64,000 nt of DNA from an uncultured Gemmatimonadaceae bacterium (GTDB lineage: Bacteria > Gemmatimonadota > Gemmatimonadetes > Gemmatimonadales > Gemmatimonadaceae), in contig CAWHHI010000008.1 in the NCBI GenBank assembly GCA_963829055.1, positions 1-64,000 of the forward strand, read 5' to 3'. The notes under the pieces were generated by a model. That model was not told where the DNA came from. It was given only the letters and a program-made list of their open reading frames with translations, and made no database searches. Position 1 is the stretch's first letter. The number at the start of each line of letters is the position of its first letter. Shown here piece by piece: positions 63,900 to 64,000 of the stretch. The position numbers and the translations under genes are program-made.

Positions 63900-64000
63900 C
63901 GCGACCTTCTGCTTCGCGTGACTCGGCGCGCGGAGCAGCAGCACGGGCACGCTCGTCATGTGGCGAACCGCATTGGCGACGCTGCCGTAAATGAGATCGC
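63900..64000 (-). CDS. C-terminal end of a universal-stress domain (partial, runs off the window)
   Basis: DLIYGSVANAVRHMTSVPVLLLR. Confidence 0.6.

Noticed and set aside
63097..64000. USP domain in frame with the MntR-like regulator
   Set aside because: Truncated by the window edge and plausibly an indel artefact; cannot be evaluated.

Overview
High-GC bacterial DNA (about 68-70% GC by eye). Gene content suggests Gemmatimonadota, which is an inference. Many genes carry single-base frameshifts, most likely long-read consensus errors. The window holds housekeeping and accessory genes (M14 carboxypeptidase, Ig/RCC1 lipoprotein, soxCD, arginase, rnz, mgtE, acyl-CoA dehydrogenase, ABC/AttH operon, MntR-like regulator), tRNA-Gln(CTG), tRNA-Ala(CGC), and an ECF sigma/anti-sigma/CHAT module with two copies of an apparent cognate promoter. 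A 14-kb minus-strand hybrid cluster (TE-II, NRPS, PKS, NRPS) has a last A domain that is interrupted by a GAMT/RMT2-like methyltransferase and split across two genes; it ends tail-to-tail with an EAQML-repeat protein gene. Non-coding signals: (i) the non-palindromic motif RCCTAACG/CGTTAGGY recurs about every 1.3 kb, mostly inside genes where it imposes rare codons; (ii) a four-helix-bundle gene sits in the loop of a ~120-bp inverted repeat that has an orphan copy elsewhere; (iii) GTCAT(C/T)CCGAGC REP-like elements, with remnants inside both NRPS A domains; (iv) a 400-bp palindromic repeat array; (v) a candidate ncRNA behind tRNA-Ala.
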